Shown here in pieces: positions 44,054 through 55,810 of a stretch of DNA of 64,000 nt (the first letter of the stretch is position 1; every line of letters begins with the position of its first letter). Made by a program: the position numbers and the translations under genes. The notes beneath the pieces were generated by a model. The model was not told the origin of the DNA, did no database searches, and saw only the letters and a program-made list of their open reading frames with translations. The stretch lies in contig MU005985.1 in assembly GCA_010093745.1 (NCBI GenBank), positions 124,001-188,000 on the forward strand, read 5' to 3'. The DNA comes from Piedraia hortae CBS 480.64. Taxonomy: Eukaryota.

Positions 44054-46591
44054 TCATCTGTAATCCATATCCTCATCATCAAACGAAAGTTCACCGACCT
44101 GTTCATCTTCCGAGAAGGTAGGCTGCTTTGCCGACTGCAACCTTGTAAACAAGCTCCTCTGGGCTTCTTGACCACCTTGACCATCGTCATCATCATCGTC
44201 ATCTTCAGGCTCTTCGTCATCGTGATCGTCATCCGCGAATCCAGCGGCTAGGGAAGCGGAGTGGACATCAAACGAATCCGTTCCTATTCCGACCGAGGTA
44301 AGAGCGGAGGAGGCCTGCTGCGCGATGTCCGTCTGTCTCAGGTTTGAGGCTTGTTCGGGGGGCACGCCGCCTAGGACTGCGTTGTCACGTTCCCGAGTAG
44401 CGGCTAGTGATCCGTTCATGTATTCGATCCAGGCGGGGTCTTCGAGACGTTGGATAACGACCGGGTCGAGGGGGACGCGCGATCCAAATTTTCCGACTTC
44501 TTCTGCGATGAGAGTCAAGTGGCCCATGTAGCCAAGTCGGAGGCCGTTGGATTTTTGGGAAATATCGCTGGCGGTTTGGCCGTCCATGATGCGGTTTGTA
44601 ATGGGTTTTGTGGAGAGGATCCCAATAGAGGCGCCGTCGACGGAGAGTGGACGGAATAGTTCGTATGCCAAGGTGCGGTTGAAGCCGCGGTCCAAGGGTC
44701 CGTTGAACACTTGTTGCACCACGTCGTAGACGACGTTGTGGAGGAAATTGTTCCATGGGAAGCGGAAGAAGAAGTCCTAATGTATCGTTAGCGGAAAGGG
44801 AGGGGGAATGGAAAAAAAAAAAAAAAAACTCACGAGAATTGTAGGCACGACGTGGTGCTTGACAAACTGCATCTTGAGGAAATCGCCTACGACGGGACTG
44901 CCGTCCGTCTCGGTGCGGTATTCCGTGGACGAAACGGCTTCCTCGTGGGAAGACGATCTTTTTTTGGCGAACAAAGGAGCGGGCTTCTCAACGTCCAGCT
45001 CACCGTCTACAATCTCGCCGGGCTCGTTGTATCCAGTCATGACGGTATCATCATCGTCGATCCTGCTTCTATCCAGCTGCCCCGTCAAGACCTTGGTAGG
45101 ACACTCTGCGTCCCACACGTTGCTCTTCTTCGTTGGAGACAGTGGCCTGGGCATATCCGGGTCCATGTCTGCCGGGACGTTAACCTTTTCAAAGCCGTCC
45201 TCATCGCTGAGGATTTCTCGGGCCTTTTCATCCAGACTGGGACGACGGGCATGGTGGAAGCCGTGCGAGTCGACGCTGCTGCCAAACTCGGCTGTGCTTC
45301 CCTCCTGCATCGGACTCATGGGCGGTATGGGCGGCGGAATGAATCTTCCAGCCGCCTTGAGCCGCTCACGCTCAGCATCCCGCATTTTGACGTTCTCATC
45401 TGCGCCTCTCTCATTCAACAGCCCCATGTTGCTGCAATGGAGCAGTTCCGCCATCAACTCACACGTCTTGAAGCGGTCGAAGCCGAGACGCTCTATTTTA
45501 GTGCCAAACGTAGACTGCAGCTCGACCTTTTCCGGTGAGCGAATGAGGTGCATGAAATCCCCAATGTGATTGGCAAAGCTCCGCAGCAGATATCCGAGAT
45601 AGATGGGATCGCTGGGCTTCGGCTCGGGTCCGACCTGGTTGTCCAGGTCATAATCCGAGTTGTTCTTGCGAATGACTTCAATGACGATACCAACACTGAC
45701 TAGGAGCGAATTGCCACCCTGGAGCATGGACTTGATCAGCGTCCGGATGCACTCCTCCGACACCAACTGGCGCGTGAGCTCATTGGGGCCTATAACCGAC
45801 TGGTCCTGAGTCGTCGCGTTGGCTGAAATAGTAATAATAGCCTTGAGGAAATCTCCGGCCGACGTCTGCGTGGCCGACGGATGCTCTGGCGAGAGGAATC
45901 CAAGCAACAGCGGAATCAGCTGCTGCGACTGCAGCCAATCGACGACTCCCGCACCGCCCATTTGCTTTTCCATCGAGATAATCTTCAACAGCAGATCCAT
46001 GATCATCGGACAATCGACGTGCTGCAGCATAGCGGGTACAACGCCGTCAAGGCTCTTAAGCAAGGCAAGCATGTCTTCCGTCTTACGGTCAAACAGCACC
46101 TCGTTAACACGCGTGAAGTAGCCGGCCTGGACCGGATCGAGCGGCGCCGGACGGTAGACATACTGCCAAAACTCGCGCAAGTCGGCCGTGTTCCCCACCA
46201 GCGCCTCAGTGATGGACCAAATATCACACGACAGCACCTCACACGCCACGTACGCGTACTTTGTACGGTTTGCCTCGTTCCGCTCGCGCTCCGCCTCGGA
46301 CCCCGGAGAGCTGCGGTTCCGCTTGGCAAAGAAGGAGAGGCCGCGCTTGTCGTCGGGCCGCTCATCGGGCTCGTCGGATTCGGATTCGGGCTCCGGTTCG
46401 GCCACAACATAGCGCAACAGCTTCTTCAACACCGGCTCAGCGCGCAGGAAGCTCACCAGCTTGTTATTTTTATGCTTCAGCTCCTGGACCAGATCGCTGT
46501 CGTTGAGCAGCTCCTCGAGCGTCACATTGGGCTTATCCAGCAGCGAATCGAGCGTCGAAATGCTTGCAAAATTGCTAAACTTCCAGAACAT
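44054..46591 (-). CDS. SIT4 phosphatase-associated protein (SAP185/190 family), 2 exons (46591-44834, 44776-44054; 826 aa)
   Basis: MFWKF start, IGPNELTRQLVSE, IEVIRKNNSDYD, LGFDRFKTCELMAELLHCSNM, DFFFRFPWNNFLHNVVYD, GYMGHLTLIAEE. Intron 44777-44833. Confidence 0.93.
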
Positions 46592-46785
46592 GGTCTGCTG
46601 CGAGAACGCGCGGGGAGTTGTAGCATGCACAGCGCTCGCGGGGCGTCGGTCTGTGCCAGAAATGTCGGTGGCTTCACATGTACATAACCCTAACCCTGTG
46701 CCCGAAATAGCCTCCGCGTAGGTATCACTGCATCCCACTCCGCTACGCCCCACCACACCGACATAAAGCCCACACTGTTTTCTGC

Positions 46786-47443
46786 CTACGTCTGCATCCG
46801 CGTATCCTCGTAGCCCGGCGGCGGGTCTAGTGGCGGGCTAAACATCTGCTCTGGCCTTGCCCCATCCTCCATGTGCGGCAGAGGTCCGCCGTGCTCCTGA
46901 TATGCCGGCAGATCCTCAAACTCCGCCTCCGGGCCCAGATCTGCCGCCAGATGTAACCTCTCCTTGATCAGCTCGAGCTCCGTCTGAAAATCAAAAACTC
47001 CGCCGTCTTTGAACGTTAGCTTCAGCTCCACAACGCCCGACGGCGGCACGGGGATTCCTCCTCCGGCCACGGGCTCAACAACGGCCGTCCACGAGTTGGG
47101 TCCGAAGATGGTCGACGTGATGCGCGAGTCATGAACGCTCATTATCGGAGCCGCAAAATTCTGAAAGCCGTCTTTGGGCTTGTCGGGGAGATATACCAAT
47201 CGCCGGTTTGTGAGGTAGACCTTGCCGCCTGAGGCTGTGATGTTAAAGGCCTGTTGCTGTCTACCTGGAAAGTGCGCGGGAGTCGAAAGGCTGAGGCTCA
47301 CACGCGGTTTGCTAGTGAACCGGAGTTGCTCCTGGGGTAGAGGTGCGAAGGGGAGGGCTGCCGTAGGCTGTTGCATAACCCAGCTGGTTTCATCTTTAGC
47401 TCTCGCGCTGGTCTTATACGCTCCCAACTCACTTGATCGACAT
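46786..47443 (-). CDS. WBP2-like GRAM/PH-domain protein with PPxY motif, 2 exons (47443-47433, 47383-46786; 202 aa)
   Basis: Spliced start MSINWVM, GKVYLTNRRLVYLP, FGPNSW, LTFKDGGVFDF, DPPPGYE. Intron 47384-47432. Confidence 0.85.
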
Positions 47444-47619
47444 GGTGGTTGCGTCTATCCGGGCAACGCGGCCTTGGCGGGGTTGGATGTGACGTGCAGC
47501 CACGTGACGACACAGCAGTCCACATTCCATCACACGGTATCAATGCAGCCTAGGGGTCTTAGATAAACGTAACAATCATACACGGCCATTTCTCATCAGG
47601 GTATCCAGTCGTACATACA

Positions 47620-49179
47620 TTAATAAGAGCTTCCCCAAAGTTCCTTCTCATCAGCAACCGCATCCTCAGCCGTCGTAGCAGCCTGCATCCTCCTAGCCTC
47701 CCTCTGTCTCTGCCTCCGCTCGAACCGCGTCGTGAGATGCGGCGTGACTGGAGTCACTGGGCTAAAAGGCATGTAGGGGCTATAAGGCGTCCCAACTCCG
47801 GTAGGCAGGTTTGCTGATCTGAGTGCTGTGATTCTGTCCTTTTTCGACTCTAGAAACGTCGTCCTCATCGGTCCTGCGCTGTATGGGTTCTCCCCAGTTG
47901 TGAAGAGTGATGGTCCTCCAACGGTCGTTCGTCTCGCCTGCGAGTGTTCGGCCGCTAGCTGTCGAAGTGGAAGCGGTCTGCTAGCGCTACCTGCAGCCTT
48001 TTCCTGCTTCGGTGGAGGTGAGGGTGAGCCGACAACGAACTGTGGAGGTCGTTGCATGCTCGTTCTGAGAGGTGTGTGGGGTAGCTCGCCCAGCTGGTCC
48101 TCGGCTTCCCCGGCATGGGATGACGTGGTGCCCGCCGTGGTTGGGACCTGGGCCGATCCTGGTTCAGTAGAGGTCCAGGCGGGTGGCGATAATGGTGTTC
48201 GCCCGCTGTCGTCTTCATGATGGGACCGGAACGGAGACGAGATCTTAAGCTGACTCAAAGACTGTCGAAGCTTCTTCCGGGACCCAGACGGTTTGGAACT
48301 TGGCGGGGGCATGGGCTGAGCCACACCAATCCGTTGGGAATCTATTGAAGGCCTACCCACCAGACGTGGCGAAAGAGGCTCTGGATGCGTTGGTGCAATG
48401 GGACTCCTCCCAGATAACGAACCTGCTAATGGCGATTCTGGAGGATAAATGGCTCGCACTGGGGTTTTTGGTGTGTGCGGTCCTTTGGGCGTGTGTGGAC
48501 TAAGAGCCGAAGCTTCTTGCTGCAGGGTGTTTATGCGCAAATTCTCCGTCATTAATCTGGGCGGCCGTCTCTGCTGCATCCGTGTTGGAGTCGGCGATTG
48601 TTCCGCAAACGAAGGGGCAGGACTCTGTTCTCGAGAAAATCGTCTTTCATCTTCTTCCATAACGGCCGCATATAACCGGCCCATATCGTCCTGTCGTTTT
48701 CTCTTATCGGCCTCGACTACTTCTGGATCGAAACTAGCCTGGCTGTCTGCTCCTGGACTGGTGGGCCCGTTGCTTTTACCACTGCGCAAACTTCTCGGGG
48801 TGCTGATCTTGTTCCTGAGCCTCTTTGGAGAGTACCAGACATTTGAGCTCCCCGGACTTATTGGACTGGCATCAAACATACGCGCCGACGCCTGGACTAG
48901 TTCTGTTGGCCTGACTGAAAGATCCATTGCCTTCTTCCTCGATCGACGACCTATGGTGAACAAAAGTGTACCCAGAACGATTACGATGGCAAGGTAAGCG
49001 GCGAATATGGCGATGAGTTGCCAGGGCAGCTGGGATTTATCGCGGGAAGCGTGGGCAGAGAACGGAGGGCCGTCCTCTGGCGGCGGAGCAGGACCGTAAT
49101 CCAGGTGTACCTTCCAGATACTCCCAGGAGATCTTGATATCAACTCTACCGAATGAGCAAGGTTGATACCTCTGCCCAT
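47620..49179 (-). CDS. Hypothetical single-TM protein with Pro/Ser-rich cytoplasmic tail
   Basis: ~519-aa ORF with TM segment LIAIFAAYLAIVIVLGTLLFTIG followed by RRSRKK, and a PYSPYMPFSPVTPVTP motif. Confidence 0.8.
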   Translation of the reverse strand: MGRGINLAHSVELISRSPGSIWKVHLDYGPAPPPEDGPPFSAHASRDKSQLPWQLIAIFAAYLAIVIVLGTLLFTIGRRSRKKAMDLSVRPTELVQASARMFDASPISPGSSNVWYSPKRLRNKISTPRSLRSGKSNGPTSPGADSQASFDPEVVEADKRKRQDDMGRLYAAVMEEDERRFSREQSPAPSFAEQSPTPTRMQQRRPPRLMTENLRINTLQQEASALSPHTPKGPHTPKTPVRAIYPPESPLAGSLSGRSPIAPTHPEPLSPRLVGRPSIDSQRIGVAQPMPPPSSKPSGSRKKLRQSLSQLKISSPFRSHHEDDSGRTPLSPPAWTSTEPGSAQVPTTAGTTSSHAGEAEDQLGELPHTPLRTSMQRPPQFVVGSPSPPPKQEKAAGSASRPLPLRQLAAEHSQARRTTVGGPSLFTTGENPYSAGPMRTTFLESKKDRITALRSANLPTGVGTPYSPYMPFSPVTPVTPHLTTRFERRQRQREARRMQAATTAEDAVADEKELWGSSY

Positions 49180-49483
49180 TTCCACGGGATTGACATGGGA
49201 TAGAAATGCAGCGTCAGTAGCCTACAGGCTGCGGGCGGCGGTGTTAAATACATTATGCACGAGACGTCCGCCATCCCAGCACGACCACTTGGGGCACCTG
49301 GGAGTCCGGCGCGTCTCGCAGACAGATGATTGGAGAGCTTGCCGCCGGCCTCGGAAATCTAGCGGGAGTGGCCGGGACGCTAATCCTAATTCTGCACTCC
49401 TTGGCGGCGGGCCGTCCACATTACGCATTTTTGCCCCACCCGTCACACCAGGGCACATCACAACGGGCGCATCAAGGCAAAAA

Positions 49484-50191
49484 ATGAGTTCGCGCACGCG
49501 CCTCACTTTTGCAGTGGCCCTGGACGACTCCGGTAGGACGGTCGATCTACACATTTCTGATCCTTCGCGGATAGCTGCCGACAACCTTGCTCTGGCCACA
49601 TGGGGGTCTTCCCAAGTGCTCGCCAACACCCTCCACCGCCTACACGTAGACAATGCAAAAACCATACTCGAATTAGGCGCTGGAACGGGTATCGTAGGCA
49701 TGACCGCCGCTGCCGTCTGGCACAGTAAAAACGTTATCCTAACCGACCTCGAGCCCATCTTACCCAACATCGCCGCCAGCATCAAGCTGAATGAACAGAC
49801 GCTGGCCGAGCACGGCGGTGCTGTGGAGTTTGGCTTACTGGATTGGTATGACCCTTCTACGCTGATCCTTGGCGCTTCACAGAACAAAGTTTCGTTGCTA
49901 GATGTGGGCGTCATCCTAGCGGCTGATACAGTTTACTCTGAGGAGCATCCGCAGCTGCTGGTAAATGTCGTTAGCCAAAGGCTGCAGAAAAGTTCTGCTG
50001 CGAGGTTCGTCATGTGTTATCCCCTTCGTATTGGCTATCTCGATCACATAAGGGATCTGTGGCAACGGCTGGAAGAGGCCGGTTTGGAGTGTTGCGAGGA
50101 AGGTAGGGAGCAGCTTGATAAGAGCTGGGATGATGATACACCGTATGAGTGGTGTGTCTGGCAATGGCAGCATCTAAAAGTAGAGTTATAG
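49484..50191 (+). CDS. Family-16 SAM-dependent protein methyltransferase (EFM2/Rrg1-like)
   Basis: ADNLALATWGSSQVLA, ILELGAGTGIVG, VILTDL, LDW, ILAADTVY. Confidence 0.85.
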   Translation: MSSRTRLTFAVALDDSGRTVDLHISDPSRIAADNLALATWGSSQVLANTLHRLHVDNAKTILELGAGTGIVGMTAAAVWHSKNVILTDLEPILPNIAASIKLNEQTLAEHGGAVEFGLLDWYDPSTLILGASQNKVSLLDVGVILAADTVYSEEHPQLLVNVVSQRLQKSSAARFVMCYPLRIGYLDHIRDLWQRLEEAGLECCEEGREQLDKSWDDDTPYEWCVWQWQHLKVEL

Positions 50192-50351
50192 ACACGATAC
50201 ACTCGAGCGAGACGAACAGTTACTACCATTTACAACTATCTAAAGCCGGCTTGGTCGTTTCTTTCGCCAAGTTGTTCTAAGGAATGTTTATGAGCCGAGA
50301 AATATTTTCCACCGCCGCAGACCGGGCTGGTGCACACAACGACAAGATTGC

Positions 50352-51644
<1,293 letters not shown>

Positions 51645-52833
51645 CTTTGCGAGTGTTGTTGCAAGACCGACGAGAGATTTGGTGGTGGCAAGCAGAAGAG
51701 CTCATGGTAGCATTGCATCATTGGTGGGGGTGGCGCATCATAACCATTCCGACTTGGATGGATTTCATGAACGAATCAACTGGTTTATAGTAGGTAGTGC
51801 ATAAAACTATGAATATGATATCGGAAAGGAAAAAACATGTTCAATCAAAACATTCACATCTCAAGACCTTTCCACCGCCCTGAACAGCTTCTCTTTGAAA
51901 CACGCACGTACACTAAAGTCCAGCGGCTAAACCCTTTTCGCATCCACACCAACGTCTGCTCGTTCAGCCAACAGTAAGAGATCTAGATCTTCCAAGCAAA
52001 CCCGGACCTCCCTTGGTCTTCCGTGAAAGCATTGGAGCGCTGGTGCATGGGCGTAATGTGTGCACTGAAGTGCGTTTGACAGGCGGACACGAACATCTTT
52101 TCCGGGGATAACAGAAGCTAAATCGCCGATTAAACCCCTCGTCACAAGCTCTAGACAGCCAACTGACGGGGCAATTTTGGCTTAGCTGCCGTTATACATG
52201 AAAGGTTTAGGGCTACTTCTACAGTGCATCCACAATGCAATTTCTGCTGATTTGTTCAACATGTGGATGGATACCAAGAAGAAACGATAATCCGCACTAG
52301 AAGACTACGACTGAAGAATCTCACGAGGTCTAGAAATTGCTACTCATCATCTGGTTTTTTTTTTTCTTTTTTCTTTTTTTTTTTTAGGAAGATGTGTTGT
52401 TTGAGGAAGACGGTCGCAGAAACGCACTGGCCATGGTTCTCTTGTCATGTTACCTATCTTGGGCCCTGCATGGCAGCTCGTCTTTGGAAAGCAAATAGGT
52501 TTCGATTCGACGTCATCAGGGGTCAAAAGAAAGAAGTGCTGTCCTGCATGGACGTCGACCAGAGCTATGGCCTACGGGTTGACCCTTGACGACATAATGG
52601 CTCGTGCCATTGTCTTGGCTCCCTTGACCCAGAGCAGAAGGAGTGCACACTGGAGAAAACCTTAAGGCTCAGCGCGTTCGGTTGTGCACTTGGCGCTTTG
52701 TAGCCCTCGCGGCGACTCAGGCTTCTCATCGATCGCTTTATACCCTACATCGATCGGCTGCATGCCCTACGTCGTTCTTTCTCCACAATCGTACCATTTG
52801 GACCGGGCTCATCTTCTTTGCTGTCTAGTGCAC

Positions 52834-55602
52834 ATGTACGCCACTCTCCAGTCATCGCTGGGTACAGCCCCCCACAGCTCGGGCGTACATGCCTACCATG
52901 CGAGTACTCCAAGGCGCACGCATACGAAGAATGCGTTTTCTGAGGCGGTTCGGGGCCATTTTCCTGCGGGTGGGAAGCCTGGGTGGAAATATGATGGTAC
53001 GACCACTGGAGATCCATTTACAGAAACAACTCGCAAGCCAGCGGAGAAAGATGATAGCCTGCCCCCTTTGCCTGGTAGAGGTCGACCTCGCTTTCAACTC
53101 TGGCCGGATTCAAGTCCCCAGTCTCTTCATAAGAAGAGCATGAGCGATGTTGTGGGCTACAAAGCCGTTGGGACCAGCTCACCGTCAGGGGTTTCTTCGT
53201 CTCCCGCAAGCCAGCGCCGTTCGGGTACTCTTAGTCGCTCAACCACTATGTCACCGCATCGATTGGCCTTTGATTCCACCGTACCGCGCGAGGAAGTGCT
53301 TGAGGCTGCAGCTACCGAAACCAAAACAACCAAACGGGCATGGAAATCTGCAATGCAAAAGTGGACGCAGCAGTCACCACAACCATCCCCAACGCAGCTG
53401 CCAAAGCAACAGCTACAGTACAGGCTGGCAGATGTGCCAAAGGAGGAGCGTGTTCTTGGCGTGGACGTTAGGACCGAGGAGAAGGTCAAGAAACCGAAGC
53501 GCTCGTATCTTTCCCAGCTCCTGTCTCAATCTCGCGGAGCTTCTGGGCTCGGGCAAAGGCTGCTATCCCCCACCAGGGCTACCTTTACCATCTCAGCCGA
53601 AACCAACATCACGCAGTCTGTTCAGCCTCTACAGCGACCGGCAACAGGAATTAGCAGCATCAAACCAGCGGGCACCGTGACTCAGGTCTGCGCTATCAAC
53701 ACAGAGGCTGCGGGTGCTGTCAAGACAGAGCCACGACGATCTCCTCGCCACATCAAATCGATTGAAGTCATGTCTTCGGCATCATCTGTCTCGGGTGCCA
53801 AGGCTCATCCGCCTCGCCAAATGTCCAAAGGCGTCCGCAACTGGATCGACGGCTTGGATGACGGTTCCGAATCGGATGTTGGACCACTCGGACAAACCAG
53901 CGCCAAAAAGGCGACCAGAAACAGGGGAGTGTCGTCTCCTGGCCCAAGGCCCACTGGCATTGATGCCGTAGCCCGTACACAGCCCAAGGCAATCGTGAAA
54001 CCCAAGTCGCAAATCCAGGCCATATCTCACAATGGCTCTCCGGACGACTGGTCGACGAGTCTGTTCACAATGCCAAACTACACGGACAACCAGAAGAGCA
54101 GAGTAGCTCGTACGCCCTCCACCAGCTCTAATTCAGTGTCCATGCACCAGGCCAAGAGTATGTCGAATTCCCGTCAGCAGCAAAGGCGAAACTCGAGTGC
54201 CACACGGTCAACAACGCAGTCCACCCCTGAGCGATCCTTTGCTCCTGTCCCGGAAGATCCAGACAGCTACGACGAGGGCGTGGCTCGTCAGATCAATGCC
54301 TTTCAAAACTACCGCATCTCCGACTCGATTTGGTCAGGGCCGATGAGCCCGGCGTTGACACAGGACTTTGATGCGCGGAGCACGTATGAGCATACCAGAC
54401 CACCGCCCGCCGAGTCGTCACACATGATGGCCGTTACGGCAGAAGAGATGGCTTTGCTGGAGACGATACGTGAGAGGAAAGCCGCCCTTGCCAAGACCAA
54501 TGCCGGTGGAGGGCTCAAACCAGTGATGCCCGGCCAACGCACAAGGAAATCGAGCCAAAGCAGCCCTGGCAAACCCTACATATCCGGCTTGATGGGGCAG
54601 CAGAGGGGGCCGCTCAAGAGAGGCGAGAGCCAGGCCTGGAGGGAGGAACCCATCTATCCCGGGGCAATCCCAACTGTGTCTGAAGAGCTCCAGTTGGACG
54701 AATTGTTCCCCAAGCCACCCAGCGTGCAACTACATTCTTATAGCCCCGTTGGGATGAACAAGTTCAGGACGCCGGGAATCGCTACGCCACCCTCGTCAGC
54801 TGGATCGTCTCGCTTCCTCCCCGAGAGAGACTACGAAGCCCGCTGCCGACAGTTCTTGTCATCAACAGACACACCCTCGCTGTTCCCGAGACCGCCGTCT
54901 ACGAAGTCACGACCATCCTCCAGACGTGACCCTCGCTGGAGCGCTGTCCTCTTGTCGCCATCAATCGTTCTCGAGGAGGAGCCCAACTCGGTTTTCGACG
55001 CCATGGATCCCAATGGACTACGTCGACCGTCCATCAACGGAAGGAGGCTCTCCGTGCATGGCGAACTGCGACCACCCCAAGAAGACGCGACTCTCAACGG
55101 AGCCATGGCAAGACGTCGAGCCCACAGCGTATTCGCCGCACCACCAACCCAATTCTGGGCACTAGCCAACCCCAACTTCAAAGGCGTTCGCTCCCCCTCG
55201 CCCAGTCCGCGACAAAGCCGCACCGTGCCCACAACACCAGCCAGGATCGCGAGCGCAAGACGCGGCAGCGAAAGCGAGATCCGCACCCGCGCGAGGATCA
55301 ACCATACTTCTAGCTTGAGTTCGATCCTAAGACCCCAGACGACAAGCTACATGGCAGAAGAAGAGGAGGAGGAGGAGGAGGAGGAAGAAGAAGAAGAAGA
55401 AGGGAAAGACGAGGAGCTCAACGTGGGGCGTATCCAGGGAGGGCTCAAACGAAGAGTCAAACCACCGAAGTTGAATCTAAATCAGCCTAACCAGCATGCT
55501 CCTCCAAAGGCTACCCACAGTGCGAGCGAGGATGTTTTGGCTGCGTGGGCCGAGTTGGGAGGGGGAAAAGACCCTCTGGGCTCAAGGAGAAGGGTAGTTT
55601 GA
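52834..55602 (+). CDS. Large Ser/Arg/Pro-rich disordered hypothetical protein
   Basis: ~2.8 kb open frame with short helical motifs HMMAVTAEEMALLETIRERK and SEDVLAAWAELGG, plus a poly-Glu tract. First ATG uncertain. Confidence 0.75.
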   Translation: MYATLQSSLGTAPHSSGVHAYHASTPRRTHTKNAFSEAVRGHFPAGGKPGWKYDGTTTGDPFTETTRKPAEKDDSLPPLPGRGRPRFQLWPDSSPQSLHKKSMSDVVGYKAVGTSSPSGVSSSPASQRRSGTLSRSTTMSPHRLAFDSTVPREEVLEAAATETKTTKRAWKSAMQKWTQQSPQPSPTQLPKQQLQYRLADVPKEERVLGVDVRTEEKVKKPKRSYLSQLLSQSRGASGLGQRLLSPTRATFTISAETNITQSVQPLQRPATGISSIKPAGTVTQVCAINTEAAGAVKTEPRRSPRHIKSIEVMSSASSVSGAKAHPPRQMSKGVRNWIDGLDDGSESDVGPLGQTSAKKATRNRGVSSPGPRPTGIDAVARTQPKAIVKPKSQIQAISHNGSPDDWSTSLFTMPNYTDNQKSRVARTPSTSSNSVSMHQAKSMSNSRQQQRRNSSATRSTTQSTPERSFAPVPEDPDSYDEGVARQINAFQNYRISDSIWSGPMSPALTQDFDARSTYEHTRPPPAESSHMMAVTAEEMALLETIRERKAALAKTNAGGGLKPVMPGQRTRKSSQSSPGKPYISGLMGQQRGPLKRGESQAWREEPIYPGAIPTVSEELQLDELFPKPPSVQLHSYSPVGMNKFRTPGIATPPSSAGSSRFLPERDYEARCRQFLSSTDTPSLFPRPPSTKSRPSSRRDPRWSAVLLSPSIVLEEEPNSVFDAMDPNGLRRPSINGRRLSVHGELRPPQEDATLNGAMARRRAHSVFAAPPTQFWALANPNFKGVRSPSPSPRQSRTVPTTPARIASARRGSESEIRTRARINHTSSLSSILRPQTTSYMAEEEEEEEEEEEEEEEGKDEELNVGRIQGGLKRRVKPPKLNLNQPNQHAPPKATHSASEDVLAAWAELGGGKDPLGSRRRVV

Positions 55603-55810
55603 TGTTATAGCTACGTATGTACATTATCATGGATGACAGACCAGCTTGGATTGTACCGGTAGCCTCATTACGTTGTTGTGTTGAATGTTCTGCCGTCTCG
55701 TTGATTGGTGAGGTGATGTTGCGATGACTAAGCCATGCACGTGCAGCGACCTCCGCGGAACAGGAGGTGAGCAGTTTGAGGACACCGAAGACGACTCGAA
55801 TCGGGCCAGG

